A program made the position numbers and the translations under genes. DNA of 52,722 bases, taken from an uncultured Bdellovibrionales bacterium (lineage in GTDB: Bacteria > Patescibacteriota > Minisyncoccia > Moranbacterales > UBA2206). Where the stretch lies: positions 7,433-60,154 of the forward strand of contig CAYTIK010000003.1 in the NCBI GenBank assembly GCA_964438025.1, given 5' to 3'. Shown here piece by piece: positions 16,927-25,538 of the stretch (its first letter is position 1; the number at the start of each line of letters is the position of its first letter). The notes under the pieces were generated by a model. The model did not search any database. It was given only the letters and a program-made list of their open reading frames with translations, and was not told the DNA's origin.

Positions 16927-19900
16927 TTTTTTGTGTTTGAGGAAATAAAGCGAAAAGAATCCAAATAGTGGCTAGCAGAACGAAAGCCGTCATTACTAGG
17001 CGGAAAAGAAAAGCAAAATAAGCCGGGACGCTGGAAATAAAGCTGGCCAAAATTTTCCCTTGGCCCTTTTTGGCTGTAGTTAATCCGTCAAGATCATCAG
17101 TTAAAGTAAAGTCGATGGTTTGTGAAAGTAGCCGTTCATAATATTCATCCAGCGCTACGCCCCAATAATCGCGCAAAGCTCTTTTGGTATGGCGGTCCTG
17201 GGTATAAATCCCCTCGGCTTTCAATGAAAAAGATGAATCTAAATCTTTCGTGCTGAAACTCGGCAAGGAATAACCCTCATCTTCTAGTAAAGTGCCGTTC
17301 CAGTACCATTTTATCGATAAATCTTCTGCAATGGGAAAAGGATAAGCGGCAAATTGCGCTAAGGCCAATTCAACAGAAGAATCTTTCAGAGCCAGAAATT
17401 CCGTCTGACTATAATCCGGATATTCTTTTGTTTCATTATCCAGATCGATATAGCTGCCCAGAGTTTTCGGCTTGCTGGTCGAGTGATCAGTCGAAGTGAT
17501 TTTAAAAGTCGGTTCGGAAACCAGGAAAGTTTTAGCCAGGCTGATTTTTCGGCCGGAAACCTGGCTAGTCGCCGTAAGATTTAAATTCAAAGCCGAGCCT
17601 TTGGTGGCTAAAACGGGGAAATAAATCAATTTGCCCGGTTCAAAATCTTCTGCGGAATAATTAGGAAGACGGTTACCGGCGGAATCATTGGCCAGATATT
17701 TGTAAGAAAGCGGTTGATTATTAATTGTCCAGAGAAAATCAAAAGTTCCTGAAGTTTCATTGTCTTCTAAAGATATGCCAGCTTCCACAGCGATGATTTC
17801 ATCCGGAGCGATTTGGCAAATCGCGGCGTCCACGAGAGCAGTCGGATCTTCAGCGCCAAGAATTTTGCAAATTTCCGTGCTGGGAGATAAGACCAAGGTA
17901 TCGCTTACAGCCGCTCTTTTTATAGTCAACTTATTGTTAAAAGAAGACAAAGGAATAATGACTTCGGTATGGCCTTTGCGGGTGCCGTCATCGGTGCCGC
18001 TAGTGGTTCTTTCGGAAACATCCAAGCGGACCTTTAAATATTTAGGCGGGATAGTTCCGTTGCAATAAGAATCGAAATTAGCTTTAAATTTAAAGTTAGG
18101 CAGGCCGGCGCCGATAGTCTGTTCCACTCCAATTAAATCTTCTTTGGTGATTTCACTGGTGGTAGTGGCAGTGCACATCCAATTTTCCGGATCGGGATCC
18201 GCCGAATCCCCGCCATAAACCCTCCATTGGTAATGTAAGGAGTCGTTCTTGGTGGAATTTTCAATCGTGGAAACCACATTAATCCAGTCGGCATTATCGC
18301 CTTCCGTGCCAGTATCATTAACCGGATTGTCCGGAGAAAAAGAAAGGCTGACTTCGATTTTTTCATTCTTGCCGCCGCCTTCAGTCGGGGTCAGCAGATT
18401 TTTTTCCAGCAAACATTCATTAAAATCATCCTTGGTCATCGTAAAAAGGCTGTCTTCCGGGTCAGTGTCTAAATCGGTTATTTCCTCTGCGATAGTAACG
18501 GTAGTATCACCAAGACTGATTGAGCAGGCAGCAGTAGCGGGGTCATCTTCTTCATCAAGAAAATCAGGATCGCAACAAGAGGCATTGTTAGTTACGGCCA
18601 CTTGGTATTTTACATCACTATCCACTTCTGATTGAGTAAAAAAACCATTAGAAACCAAATCAGCAGTATCATTAGCATTGCAAACAGCCGCATCCACTTC
18701 AAAAGCAGGATGAGTGGTGGTTGTAATGGTGACACTTCCTCCAGTGGGAGCTGTGCCTCCTGTTCCTCCAGTGGCCGATCCGTCATTTCTCCGGCGGGAA
18801 GGCAAAGTGATTTTTTCAGTTTTAGTAAATAGCTTGTAAGAAGTATTTTCATAACTGGAAATGTCAGATTGGCTCTTGTCAATGGTCTTGCGTTTTGTGA
18901 CTGTCCGTGTAAAAGTACAACCGTCCGGACAATCCGGCCATTCTTCCGGCGAAACTACTGTAGTATAATCATCCTCGCTTTCCCCCGGTTCTTCAATATA
19001 GTCTTCCAAGCTTCCGCAAGTATTATTGGGAACTGCCCACATAATTTTATAACTGGAATCTTCATACAAAGTCGAATCAAAAGAAATTCCTTCGACCACT
19101 ACCCCAATGCTGTCTCCGGCTTGATAAGTCCAGGTAAAATTTTGGGCACCCAATCCGGTTATATTAGCCTCATCTGGATGGCCAGATTCAGCTGTGTCTG
19201 GATCATCGGGATTGGTGCGCCAAAAATATTCCTCGCCTTTGTCAAAACCTTCATCACCAGTTTCATAACCCGGTGCATCCGGAAAAAGATGGAAACAGTC
19301 TTGAAAAATATATTGTTTACCAAGCTCGACATCGTGAAAATAACAATAGTTAGGTTTGCCTTGCTGGTCTTCGCCTCCCCGAATGGCCTTGTAAGCACTT
19401 TTTCCGTCAGACTTGGAATAATTGGCTTCAGTAAATTCAAAATCATTGCTGGCGTAAAGGCGCATCGCCTTGATTTTAAAATCTTCAACATCGACAATAT
19501 CTACTCCGTCATCATCGTAATCCTTATTCAGATTGCAACGAACCCGATTTTTTATGCCATTAACCTCTTTATCTAGATTTTCTTCCCGGCAATATTCCGG
19601 CTGGAGATACCAAGTGTAATAAAGCGACTTAGGCTGGTTGGAAAAATTGAGCGGCAGGGCGTTGGCGGTCAACTCTTCTCCCGGATTGGGATTGGTGGAA
19701 GAAAAGGTAATGGTTACCTGCGGATTAAGTTTTTTCAAGTTGGAGACATTTAAATATTGGATATTTTCTTTAATCATCTCTTCATCAATGCCATATTCAT
19801 CAAGCATGCACTTGATAGCATGGGAAGGACTAATAAATCCAATAAGGCCGCAATTGGAAGCCCAAACAATGCGAGCATTAACAAATACAAAAACAATAAT

Positions 19901-19942
19901 CAGAAGGATAATGAAGCGATTTTTAGGAGAAAAGAGAGGCAT
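16919..19942 (-). CDS. 1007-aa acidic surface protein with an N-terminal signal/TM and a C-terminal TM anchor; function unknown
   Basis: The N-terminus reads FIILLIIVFVFVNARIVWA and the C-terminus reads VPAYFAFLFRLVMTAFVLLATIWILFALF. It has D/E/T-rich low-complexity patches. It overlaps the pilin-fusion gene by 8 nt. Confidence 0.6.
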   Translation of the reverse strand: MPLFSPKNRFIILLIIVFVFVNARIVWASNCGLIGFISPSHAIKCMLDEYGIDEEMIKENIQYLNVSNLKKLNPQVTITFSSTNPNPGEELTANALPLNFSNQPKSLYYTWYLQPEYCREENLDKEVNGIKNRVRCNLNKDYDDDGVDIVDVEDFKIKAMRLYASNDFEFTEANYSKSDGKSAYKAIRGGEDQQGKPNYCYFHDVELGKQYIFQDCFHLFPDAPGYETGDEGFDKGEEYFWRTNPDDPDTAESGHPDEANITGLGAQNFTWTYQAGDSIGVVVEGISFDSTLYEDSSYKIMWAVPNNTCGSLEDYIEEPGESEDDYTTVVSPEEWPDCPDGCTFTRTVTKRKTIDKSQSDISSYENTSYKLFTKTEKITLPSRRRNDGSATGGTGGTAPTGGSVTITTTTHPAFEVDAAVCNANDTADLVSNGFFTQSEVDSDVKYQVAVTNNASCCDPDFLDEEDDPATAACSISLGDTTVTIAEEITDLDTDPEDSLFTMTKDDFNECLLEKNLLTPTEGGGKNEKIEVSLSFSPDNPVNDTGTEGDNADWINVVSTIENSTKNDSLHYQWRVYGGDSADPDPENWMCTATTTSEITKEDLIGVEQTIGAGLPNFKFKANFDSYCNGTIPPKYLKVRLDVSERTTSGTDDGTRKGHTEVIIPLSSFNNKLTIKRAAVSDTLVLSPSTEICKILGAEDPTALVDAAICQIAPDEIIAVEAGISLEDNETSGTFDFLWTINNQPLSYKYLANDSAGNRLPNYSAEDFEPGKLIYFPVLATKGSALNLNLTATSQVSGRKISLAKTFLVSEPTFKITSTDHSTSKPKTLGSYIDLDNETKEYPDYSQTEFLALKDSSVELALAQFAAYPFPIAEDLSIKWYWNGTLLEDEGYSLPSFSTKDLDSSFSLKAEGIYTQDRHTKRALRDYWGVALDEYYERLLSQTIDFTLTDDLDGLTTAKKGQGKILASFISSVPAYFAFLFRLVMTAFVLLATIWILFALFPQTQKND

Positions 19943-19946
19943 AAAA

Positions 19947-20606
19947 TTATTTAGTGAGGAAAATTATATAAGTATCTAAAGTGATTAAAAAAACAAAACT
20001 CGGCAGATAGGAAAAAAAGAAAGTCCGGCTTTTATAAGCCGTTAGTCCGCCTAAAAGGGAAATAACAACCATGGGCAATGTTTCAAAAAAATAAGAGTTG
20101 TAAATAAAAAGCGGGAAAAGGAAAACCGTGGATTGGATAAAGATTGACCAATAGCCCAGTTTTTCCCGCAAAGCGGCCAGCAGGAAGCCCTTGAAAAAAA
20201 TTTCTTGCGCTAAAAAGAGCAGATTGACCAGAACCAATTCGTAGAGCAGAAAATACCAGAAATTTATCTGTGCGAAAACCGGCAGGGTATAAATCTTCTC
20301 AAATCCAGTATAGCGGATTATGAGAAAAAAAAGAATTACTAAAAAAAGAAACATAATTCCTCCCCACCACAATCCGATTTTTTTGTTTTCCCAATTGACA
20401 CCAAAATCGCGGATATTTTTTTGCAGCACAAGTTTGACGTATAACCCGGGAATTACTAAAAGAAAAAAAGCATTTCTGGTGATGTTTTGCAGGTAATCGT
20501 CGGCCGGGAAATAATAAACCATGAAAAAGCAAAAAACCGCGACCAAAAAACTAGTGAGCGTTTCTTTCCATTGCCCGAATGTTTGTTTTTCGATGTTTAA
20601 AAACAT
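19947..20606 (-). CDS. CPBP/Abi-like polytopic membrane protein with degenerate catalytic motifs
   Basis: The QEIFFKGFLLAAL segment occupies the position of the EExxxR motif. Canonical His motifs are not evident. It lies 4 nt from the downstream gene. Confidence 0.4.
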   Translation of the reverse strand: MFLNIEKQTFGQWKETLTSFLVAVFCFFMVYYFPADDYLQNITRNAFFLLVIPGLYVKLVLQKNIRDFGVNWENKKIGLWWGGIMFLFLVILFFLIIRYTGFEKIYTLPVFAQINFWYFLLYELVLVNLLFLAQEIFFKGFLLAALREKLGYWSIFIQSTVFLFPLFIYNSYFFETLPMVVISLLGGLTAYKSRTFFFSYLPSFVFLITLDTYIIFLTK

Positions 20607-20612
20607 AAGTTT

Positions 20613-21107
20613 CTAATTATAAGCTGGTTCAACTTCGGCAGGATAACCTTTTTTATTTTCTTCAAGCGCTTTTTCCAGAGCGGCCGCTTTTCTTTCTTGA
20701 AGGGTAAAATAAAAAACTAAAACAACAACGAGGGTTTGTGTGGGGAAAAAATTTATTCCAAAAAACATTTCCAATGCCGAGCCAATAACTAAGGTGCCAT
20801 ATCTTTTTACTAAAAATCTAATTACCCCTTTTTTTAGCATGCCTGCTGATCTAGTGAGAAACATAACCATCCATATAATAAAAGCGACAAAAAAAGTAAT
20901 CAACATACCGATGACTGGCAATGAACCTAAGCCGGTAAAATCAGCAATATCTTTAAATATGGCTAGAGTTAAAGCAATGCCATACATAAAATCCATAAAA
21001 GGATCGATATACTCTCCCAAAGAGGAACGTTTAAAAAGAGCCATTATTTTTTCTTCGGCAGATTTAGCTGTTTTGTAAGTTGAGCGGATTTGGCTTAAAA
21101 CAGGCAT
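20613..21107 (-). CDS. Small polytopic membrane protein, unknown family
   Basis: It is 164 aa with about 4 hydrophobic segments. It is tightly packed between the VirB4 gene and the CPBP-like gene. Confidence 0.5.
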   Translation of the reverse strand: MPVLSQIRSTYKTAKSAEEKIMALFKRSSLGEYIDPFMDFMYGIALTLAIFKDIADFTGLGSLPVIGMLITFFVAFIIWMVMFLTRSAGMLKKGVIRFLVKRYGTLVIGSALEMFFGINFFPTQTLVVVLVFYFTLQERKAAALEKALEENKKGYPAEVEPAYN

Positions 21108-21119
21108 AGTTTTTTGTAA

Positions 21120-22952
21120 TTAAGCTTCTTCTTGGGCTAATTCTTTTTTGGCTTGTTCGATTTCCATAATTTGCGAAGGGTCGGTAGTAATAATTTGGTC
21201 TTCGCTGTAAGAAGCGACCACTTTGATGGCGACGTGCTTGGTGCCGGCGAAGAAAATGCCCTCGCCCACGTTGCTTTCCAGCAATAAAAATTTTTCCTGA
21301 TCGGTCAGATAAAAAGTTTCCGCGATGACATCGATGGCGGCCGGCGACTGCTTAAGCAGAATCTGGATGGAAGAATTGGTGACAATCGGTTTACCGAAGC
21401 GCGAAGACAAGAAATCGTTCACGTCTTGGGTGATGGTTGTGAGGCCGGTATAATATTTACGGCAGCGTTTCGCGATGCCGAAAAGGAAAGAAGCGGCATC
21501 GTCGTATTTCATCATCACCCACGCTTCATCCACCAAAACAATTCTTTTACGGATATTAGTGCGCATTTCATTCCAGATGAATTGCAAAACGACATACATG
21601 GCGATCGGGCGCATTTCTTCTTCCATATCGCGGATATTGAAAACTACCATTGGATTGTCGATATTGATATTAGTAAGGTTATTCAAAAAGCCGGCAAAGA
21701 TGCCTTCCGTGTATTTTTCCAGCCGGGTGGCCAAATCTTCCCCGCCTTCCATATTGCGCAGCACTTGGTAAAGGTCGGACATCGTGGGAAAATCTTCCTT
21801 ATTCAGAGCGTTTAGATTGGCCTGGGCGGTGATATCTTTGATTTCATAAGTTTCTCGGATGGAGCGATCCAGCACGGACTCTTCTTCCGGCGTAATACTG
21901 CCCAGCATCAGATGCAAGAGGCCGATAAGTCCGGCAATATTGTTGCGCAAAATATCGGCCGGATCCTCGTCTTCGCCGACTTTCGGCAGATCAAAGGGGT
22001 TGAGATGATTTTTGGAATTGAGAGAAATTTTAAAGAAAGTTCCGCCGACCGTATCGCACAAATGCTTGTATTCATTTTCCGGGTCGATAATAATGACTTC
22101 CGTGCCGATCATCAGGGAACGCAAAACTTCCAATTTGACCAGATAGCTTTTGCCGGCGCCGGATTTGGCGAAGACCACCATATTGCCGTTTTCCATGCCA
22201 AAACGGTCGAAAATCACCAAGCTGTTGTTGTGGCGATTGATACCATAGAGGATGCCTTCATCGCTGGAAAGATTAGAAGAAACAAAAGGAAAAGTGGTTG
22301 ATAAGGGTGAAGAATCCATGCTAGTACCGACATCCAGTTCGTCATTAGCTAAAGGCAGAGACGAATTGAAACCCTGTTCAGTTTTAAAAACCGCCGGCTT
22401 GGTATAGACCAGTTGGGCTTCCAAAATAGCCATAATCGCCTTAACTTGTTTGTCCAGCTCTTTTTCATCCTGGGCATAAACAGTGATATATAAGCCAAAG
22501 CGGAAGAATTTTTCCGTCCCTTGTTGGAGCTTGTCGCGCAGCTCATCCACATCGCGCATAGCGGTTTCCAAAACCGGATCGCGCACCATGCCGCGCTCGG
22601 ATTCAATATGGATTTGTGACTGGACTTGTGTGGCGGTCTTGCGCAGGTTTTTCAATATCGTATTGGTATCGATCGGATGGACAAACATGGAAATATCCAT
22701 CGGCATATCGATGTTGATGATGGGAGAGAACCAGTTACTATGCAGATAGCGGGGATAAGTGATAACGAAAATGGTCTGGGCCAAAGTCTCGCCCACGCGG
22801 ATATAACGGGGCGTGATTTTAACAGCCGCCGGTGCGATCAAATCTTGCAGCTTAGCCAAGCCTTCCTGATAATATTTTTCACTGAGGAGCACCTCATCAG
22901 TCGGCAGTTTTTCCTGAGGACTAGCGTTTTTCTTTTTTAAAAAATCCAGCAT
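21120..22952 (-). CDS. virB4: VirB4/TrbE-family T4SS ATPase (central and C-terminal part)
   Basis: The Walker A motif is VVFAKSGAGKSYLVK and the Walker B motif is RIVLVDEAW. The upstream VirB4-type segment is YIRVGETLAQTIFVITYPRYLHSNWF. The gene is visibly more GC-rich than its neighbours. Confidence 0.85.
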   Translation of the reverse strand: MLDFLKKKNASPQEKLPTDEVLLSEKYYQEGLAKLQDLIAPAAVKITPRYIRVGETLAQTIFVITYPRYLHSNWFSPIINIDMPMDISMFVHPIDTNTILKNLRKTATQVQSQIHIESERGMVRDPVLETAMRDVDELRDKLQQGTEKFFRFGLYITVYAQDEKELDKQVKAIMAILEAQLVYTKPAVFKTEQGFNSSLPLANDELDVGTSMDSSPLSTTFPFVSSNLSSDEGILYGINRHNNSLVIFDRFGMENGNMVVFAKSGAGKSYLVKLEVLRSLMIGTEVIIIDPENEYKHLCDTVGGTFFKISLNSKNHLNPFDLPKVGEDEDPADILRNNIAGLIGLLHLMLGSITPEEESVLDRSIRETYEIKDITAQANLNALNKEDFPTMSDLYQVLRNMEGGEDLATRLEKYTEGIFAGFLNNLTNINIDNPMVVFNIRDMEEEMRPIAMYVVLQFIWNEMRTNIRKRIVLVDEAWVMMKYDDAASFLFGIAKRCRKYYTGLTTITQDVNDFLSSRFGKPIVTNSSIQILLKQSPAAIDVIAETFYLTDQEKFLLLESNVGEGIFFAGTKHVAIKVVASYSEDQIITTDPSQIMEIEQAKKELAQEEA

Positions 22953-22963
22953 AGAATTTTATG

Positions 22964-23023
22964 ATTAGATCCCGCACCCGCTCTGCCATAGCTTTAGCGA
23001 GGCGAGTCAAGTGCGGGATGACA
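22964..23023. repeat. Repeat family 1, solo half-unit between the two VirB4 ORFs
   Basis: ATTAGAT + hairpin CCCGCAC...GTGCGGG + ATGACA follows the same grammar as the right halves at 27983-28013, 29060-29097, 33929-33974 and 51560-51591. Confidence 0.55.
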
Positions 23024-23026
23024 GGG

Positions 23027-23713
23027 TTATTTTAAATCCAAATTACGCGTGTCTTCCAGCTCGGTCAGGTTAAAAACGTTGGAATTGTAGGAATTATACA
23101 GCAGTTCGATCAGCTCTTTAGTCTTAAGCTGGACCATTTTTATTCCGATGCCGGATAGGCTGGCCATAATATGATCCAGGCGCTGAAAAAGCTGATTGCG
23201 GCAAGTTTCAAAAAGCTCTCTTTTTTCCACGATGCTTTTTCTGGGATTGAATAAGGAGCTTAAGCTGTCGAAAATTCCTTTTTCCCGGTTTTCAATGGAG
23301 GAAAAAGGCACGATGATGTAGAAATTCTTATCCATGATATTGGAAACGGAAACCAGCTGCTTGATGAAATTTTTGTATTCGGAGATTTGGAAGCGCAGCA
23401 GTTCGCTCGCTTGGTCTTTTTCTTTGCGTTCGATAAAATTGAGATATTTTTCAATATTGATCTTACGAGAGTTGATTAAGATTTGGATGGGAAAATCCAG
23501 GGAATTGAGGAAATTTTTATACTGCTGGATGATGGCTTCCTGCTCCTGAGTGGACTTCAAGTCGTAATTGATGGCGGAAACGTTCAAGACGCCGCGCAGC
23601 GTGCCATTTTTCAGCACGATGACATCATCCCTAACTTCCGCTACGTCCACAAACTGCTGGCTGGTGGCGCTGGAACTGGGCTTGGTAATTTTTTTCGAAT
23701 TTAATATTTCCAT
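23027..23713 (-). CDS. VirB4 N-terminal-domain-like protein (split from the ATPase ORF)
   Basis: The pattern FVDVAEVRDDVIVLKNGTLRGVLNVSAINYDLKSTQEQEAIIQQYKNFLNSLDFPIQILI resembles the N-terminus of Gram-positive VirB4/TrsE/TcpF-type proteins. The combined length is 228+610 aa, about that of a full VirB4. Confidence 0.55.
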   Translation of the reverse strand: MEILNSKKITKPSSSATSQQFVDVAEVRDDVIVLKNGTLRGVLNVSAINYDLKSTQEQEAIIQQYKNFLNSLDFPIQILINSRKINIEKYLNFIERKEKDQASELLRFQISEYKNFIKQLVSVSNIMDKNFYIIVPFSSIENREKGIFDSLSSLFNPRKSIVEKRELFETCRNQLFQRLDHIMASLSGIGIKMVQLKTKELIELLYNSYNSNVFNLTELEDTRNLDLK

Positions 23714-24123
23714 GTAGTTGTCGGATTATCCAGCAAGCTGGAAATTTCTTGGATCTTGTTTTGATTAAGAGCTTTTTTCCGGAGATTTTCTCCAGCCGCT
23801 GGTTTTTTAGCAGGAGCTTTTTTGAGAATTAATCCGGATTGGATGTCTCTTTTCCAAACGTAAATCTTAGGGCGGAAGCCGAAAAAAACCATCGAGGTGA
23901 CAAATTTAAGGAAAGATTGTCCGTTAGGACGGTAAAAAGCGAAAGCGCCAGCCAGTGCCAAGACAAAAAGAGCGGCAATCACAAAATAAGCAAAATCCAG
24001 CAAATTCCACAGGACCAGCAAGATGCCGCCGGCGCCGAATAACCAGCCTAATTGTTTGGCGGTGAGAGGTCCGACGATCTTGTCTTCGGTGTCGATAAAT
24101 TGGGGAACATTGTACATTGCCAT
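23701..24123 (-). CDS. PrgI / VirB3-like small membrane protein
   Basis: The N-terminus YNVPQFIDTEDKIVGPLTAKQLGWL is followed by two TM helices and a basic tail (FRPKIYVWKRD). It overlaps the next gene by 13 nt. Confidence 0.55.
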   Translation of the reverse strand: MAMYNVPQFIDTEDKIVGPLTAKQLGWLFGAGGILLVLWNLLDFAYFVIAALFVLALAGAFAFYRPNGQSFLKFVTSMVFFGFRPKIYVWKRDIQSGLILKKAPAKKPAAGENLRKKALNQNKIQEISSLLDNPTTTWKY

Positions 24124-24140
24124 AAACTTTCTTTTTTATC

Positions 24141-24149
24141 ATTATAGCA
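24141..24149 (-). promoter_or_regulatory. Extended -10 element TGCTATAAT upstream of the PrgI-like gene
   Basis: The plus strand reads attatagca. It lies 17 nt from the ATG at 24123 and is identical to the 9-mers at 2581, 30185 and 44407. Confidence 0.4.
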
Positions 24150-24167
24150 TACTAAAATAGAACTTCT

Positions 24168-25538
24168 TTAGTGTTGATCTATATTTTTTAAATCAACCAC
24201 ATTTTTCGGCAAATTCTGCGGCTTGCCCTGTGAAATGCGCTCCGCGCCCCGGCTTCCAGCCGGGATTTCACGGGGTAAAGCAGGAGTGGGTAATGTTTTT
24301 TCGTAAGGCAATTTCTGGCGGTAGGAAAATTCCATGGAATTAATATTTTTTTGTTCTGTTTCCGGTGCGGCCGCCGGGCGGAATTGGTCAGTCAGGCCTT
24401 TGGGCAAATTGGAACTTGCTGGAGTTGTATCAGTCCCGCCCGCCCCACTACGCCAGTCCGCATTGCTACGCGAAGCGTTGCTGGCGGGCGTAGCGTTGTG
24501 GGCGGGGAAAATGATTTGCTGGGTGTTTTTATTGAGAGTGATGGGAGAATTTTCATCGAAGGATTTCAAGATATAAGCCAATTTTTGCCTTTCCGGAGCG
24601 GATAAATTTTTAGCGTTGGCTCCTTGGAAAAGATATTGGGAGCGCGCCATGGACGCGTGTTTTTCATAGCCTAGGTTGAAAGTATAATCCGCCAGCCAAT
24701 TTTTGATGGAAGGCCGGACGGGGTAAGGAAAACTCCGCAAACTGATTTTATTGGAAGTAATTAATTGCTCCCCTACTTCCGAATAAATCCGTAGAGCTTC
24801 GGAAAGGGGCAATTTAGTCAGACTAGCCTCTTCCCGGAAAGAAGCTGGTGCTTTTGTAAAAGGTTGAGAAGACGGACGTTGATAACGGGATTGAGGTTGA
24901 AATTGAGATACTGATGGCGCCGATGAGAAATCGGTATTTGCACCTACCCTATTCAAGTTTTTAAGCATCTCCACGGCATCAAAAATGTCTATAAGCTCGG
25001 TTGCAATGAGCGTGTCATACGTATGCAAAATTGATTTGAGGATGGCTTTTTCCATTTCGCCAAGCAGAACCGCGTCCTTGTCCGTCAAAAAGAAATTAAT
25101 AATATCTTGGTCCTCCCTTTCATCAACATTGTATTGCTGGTCGAATTTTTGTAGCCATTCTCCAATGGTAAAATTACCTAATTTTTCTTGGTTTTCCAAA
25201 ATCGCTTGCTTGATGATTTTCCGTTGGTTATTTTTTTCAGTCATTCCCTGAAAGACGTAGCGAGCCGTCAGCCTTTGCTCAAAAGGCACATCAATTTTAA
25301 AAAATACCAAGAGATGATTTTTGATAATCTCTACGGCCTCTGAATCGGGAAGGTCGAGAAAATCGACAACTTGGAGCTTGATTACGGAGTCATTGTAAGC
25401 GTTGCCCAGAGAAGATCTTTCTTCCGATAAAAAAGAAGCAAGCTTTCTTAAAAGTTTACTAGCCGCAGCGACATCAATGCGATCGATGATGTCATCAACT
25501 TGTTTAGCTAAAATAGTTGTTGTATTTTTACTAATCAT
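24168..25538 (-). CDS. 456-aa soluble protein of unknown function, translationally coupled to the VirB6-like gene
   Basis: It has an ATGA overlap with 25535-27901 and no TM segments. A helical N-terminal half is followed by a Q/P/S-rich linker. The C-terminal tail includes translated repeat sequence. Confidence 0.55.
   Translation of the reverse strand: MISKNTTTILAKQVDDIIDRIDVAAASKLLRKLASFLSEERSSLGNAYNDSVIKLQVVDFLDLPDSEAVEIIKNHLLVFFKIDVPFEQRLTARYVFQGMTEKNNQRKIIKQAILENQEKLGNFTIGEWLQKFDQQYNVDEREDQDIINFFLTDKDAVLLGEMEKAILKSILHTYDTLIATELIDIFDAVEMLKNLNRVGANTDFSSAPSVSQFQPQSRYQRPSSQPFTKAPASFREEASLTKLPLSEALRIYSEVGEQLITSNKISLRSFPYPVRPSIKNWLADYTFNLGYEKHASMARSQYLFQGANAKNLSAPERQKLAYILKSFDENSPITLNKNTQQIIFPAHNATPASNASRSNADWRSGAGGTDTTPASSNLPKGLTDQFRPAAAPETEQKNINSMEFSYRQKLPYEKTLPTPALPREIPAGSRGAERISQGKPQNLPKNVVDLKNIDQH
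24248..24279. repeat. Short-motif family copy inside a CDS
   Basis: The hairpin CCCGGC-ttcca-GCCGGG is followed by ATTTCACGGGGTAAA. On the minus strand it is translated as LPREIPAGSRG. Confidence 0.45.

Noticed and set aside
21426-22940. Cluster of six plus-strand track ORFs (85-129 aa) within and opposite the VirB4 gene, and the minus-strand 22349-22606 ORF in another frame.
   Set aside because: The VirB4 gene looks more GC-rich than its surroundings, which removes stops in alternative frames. None has a recognisable motif, and all are nested in a well-supported CDS.
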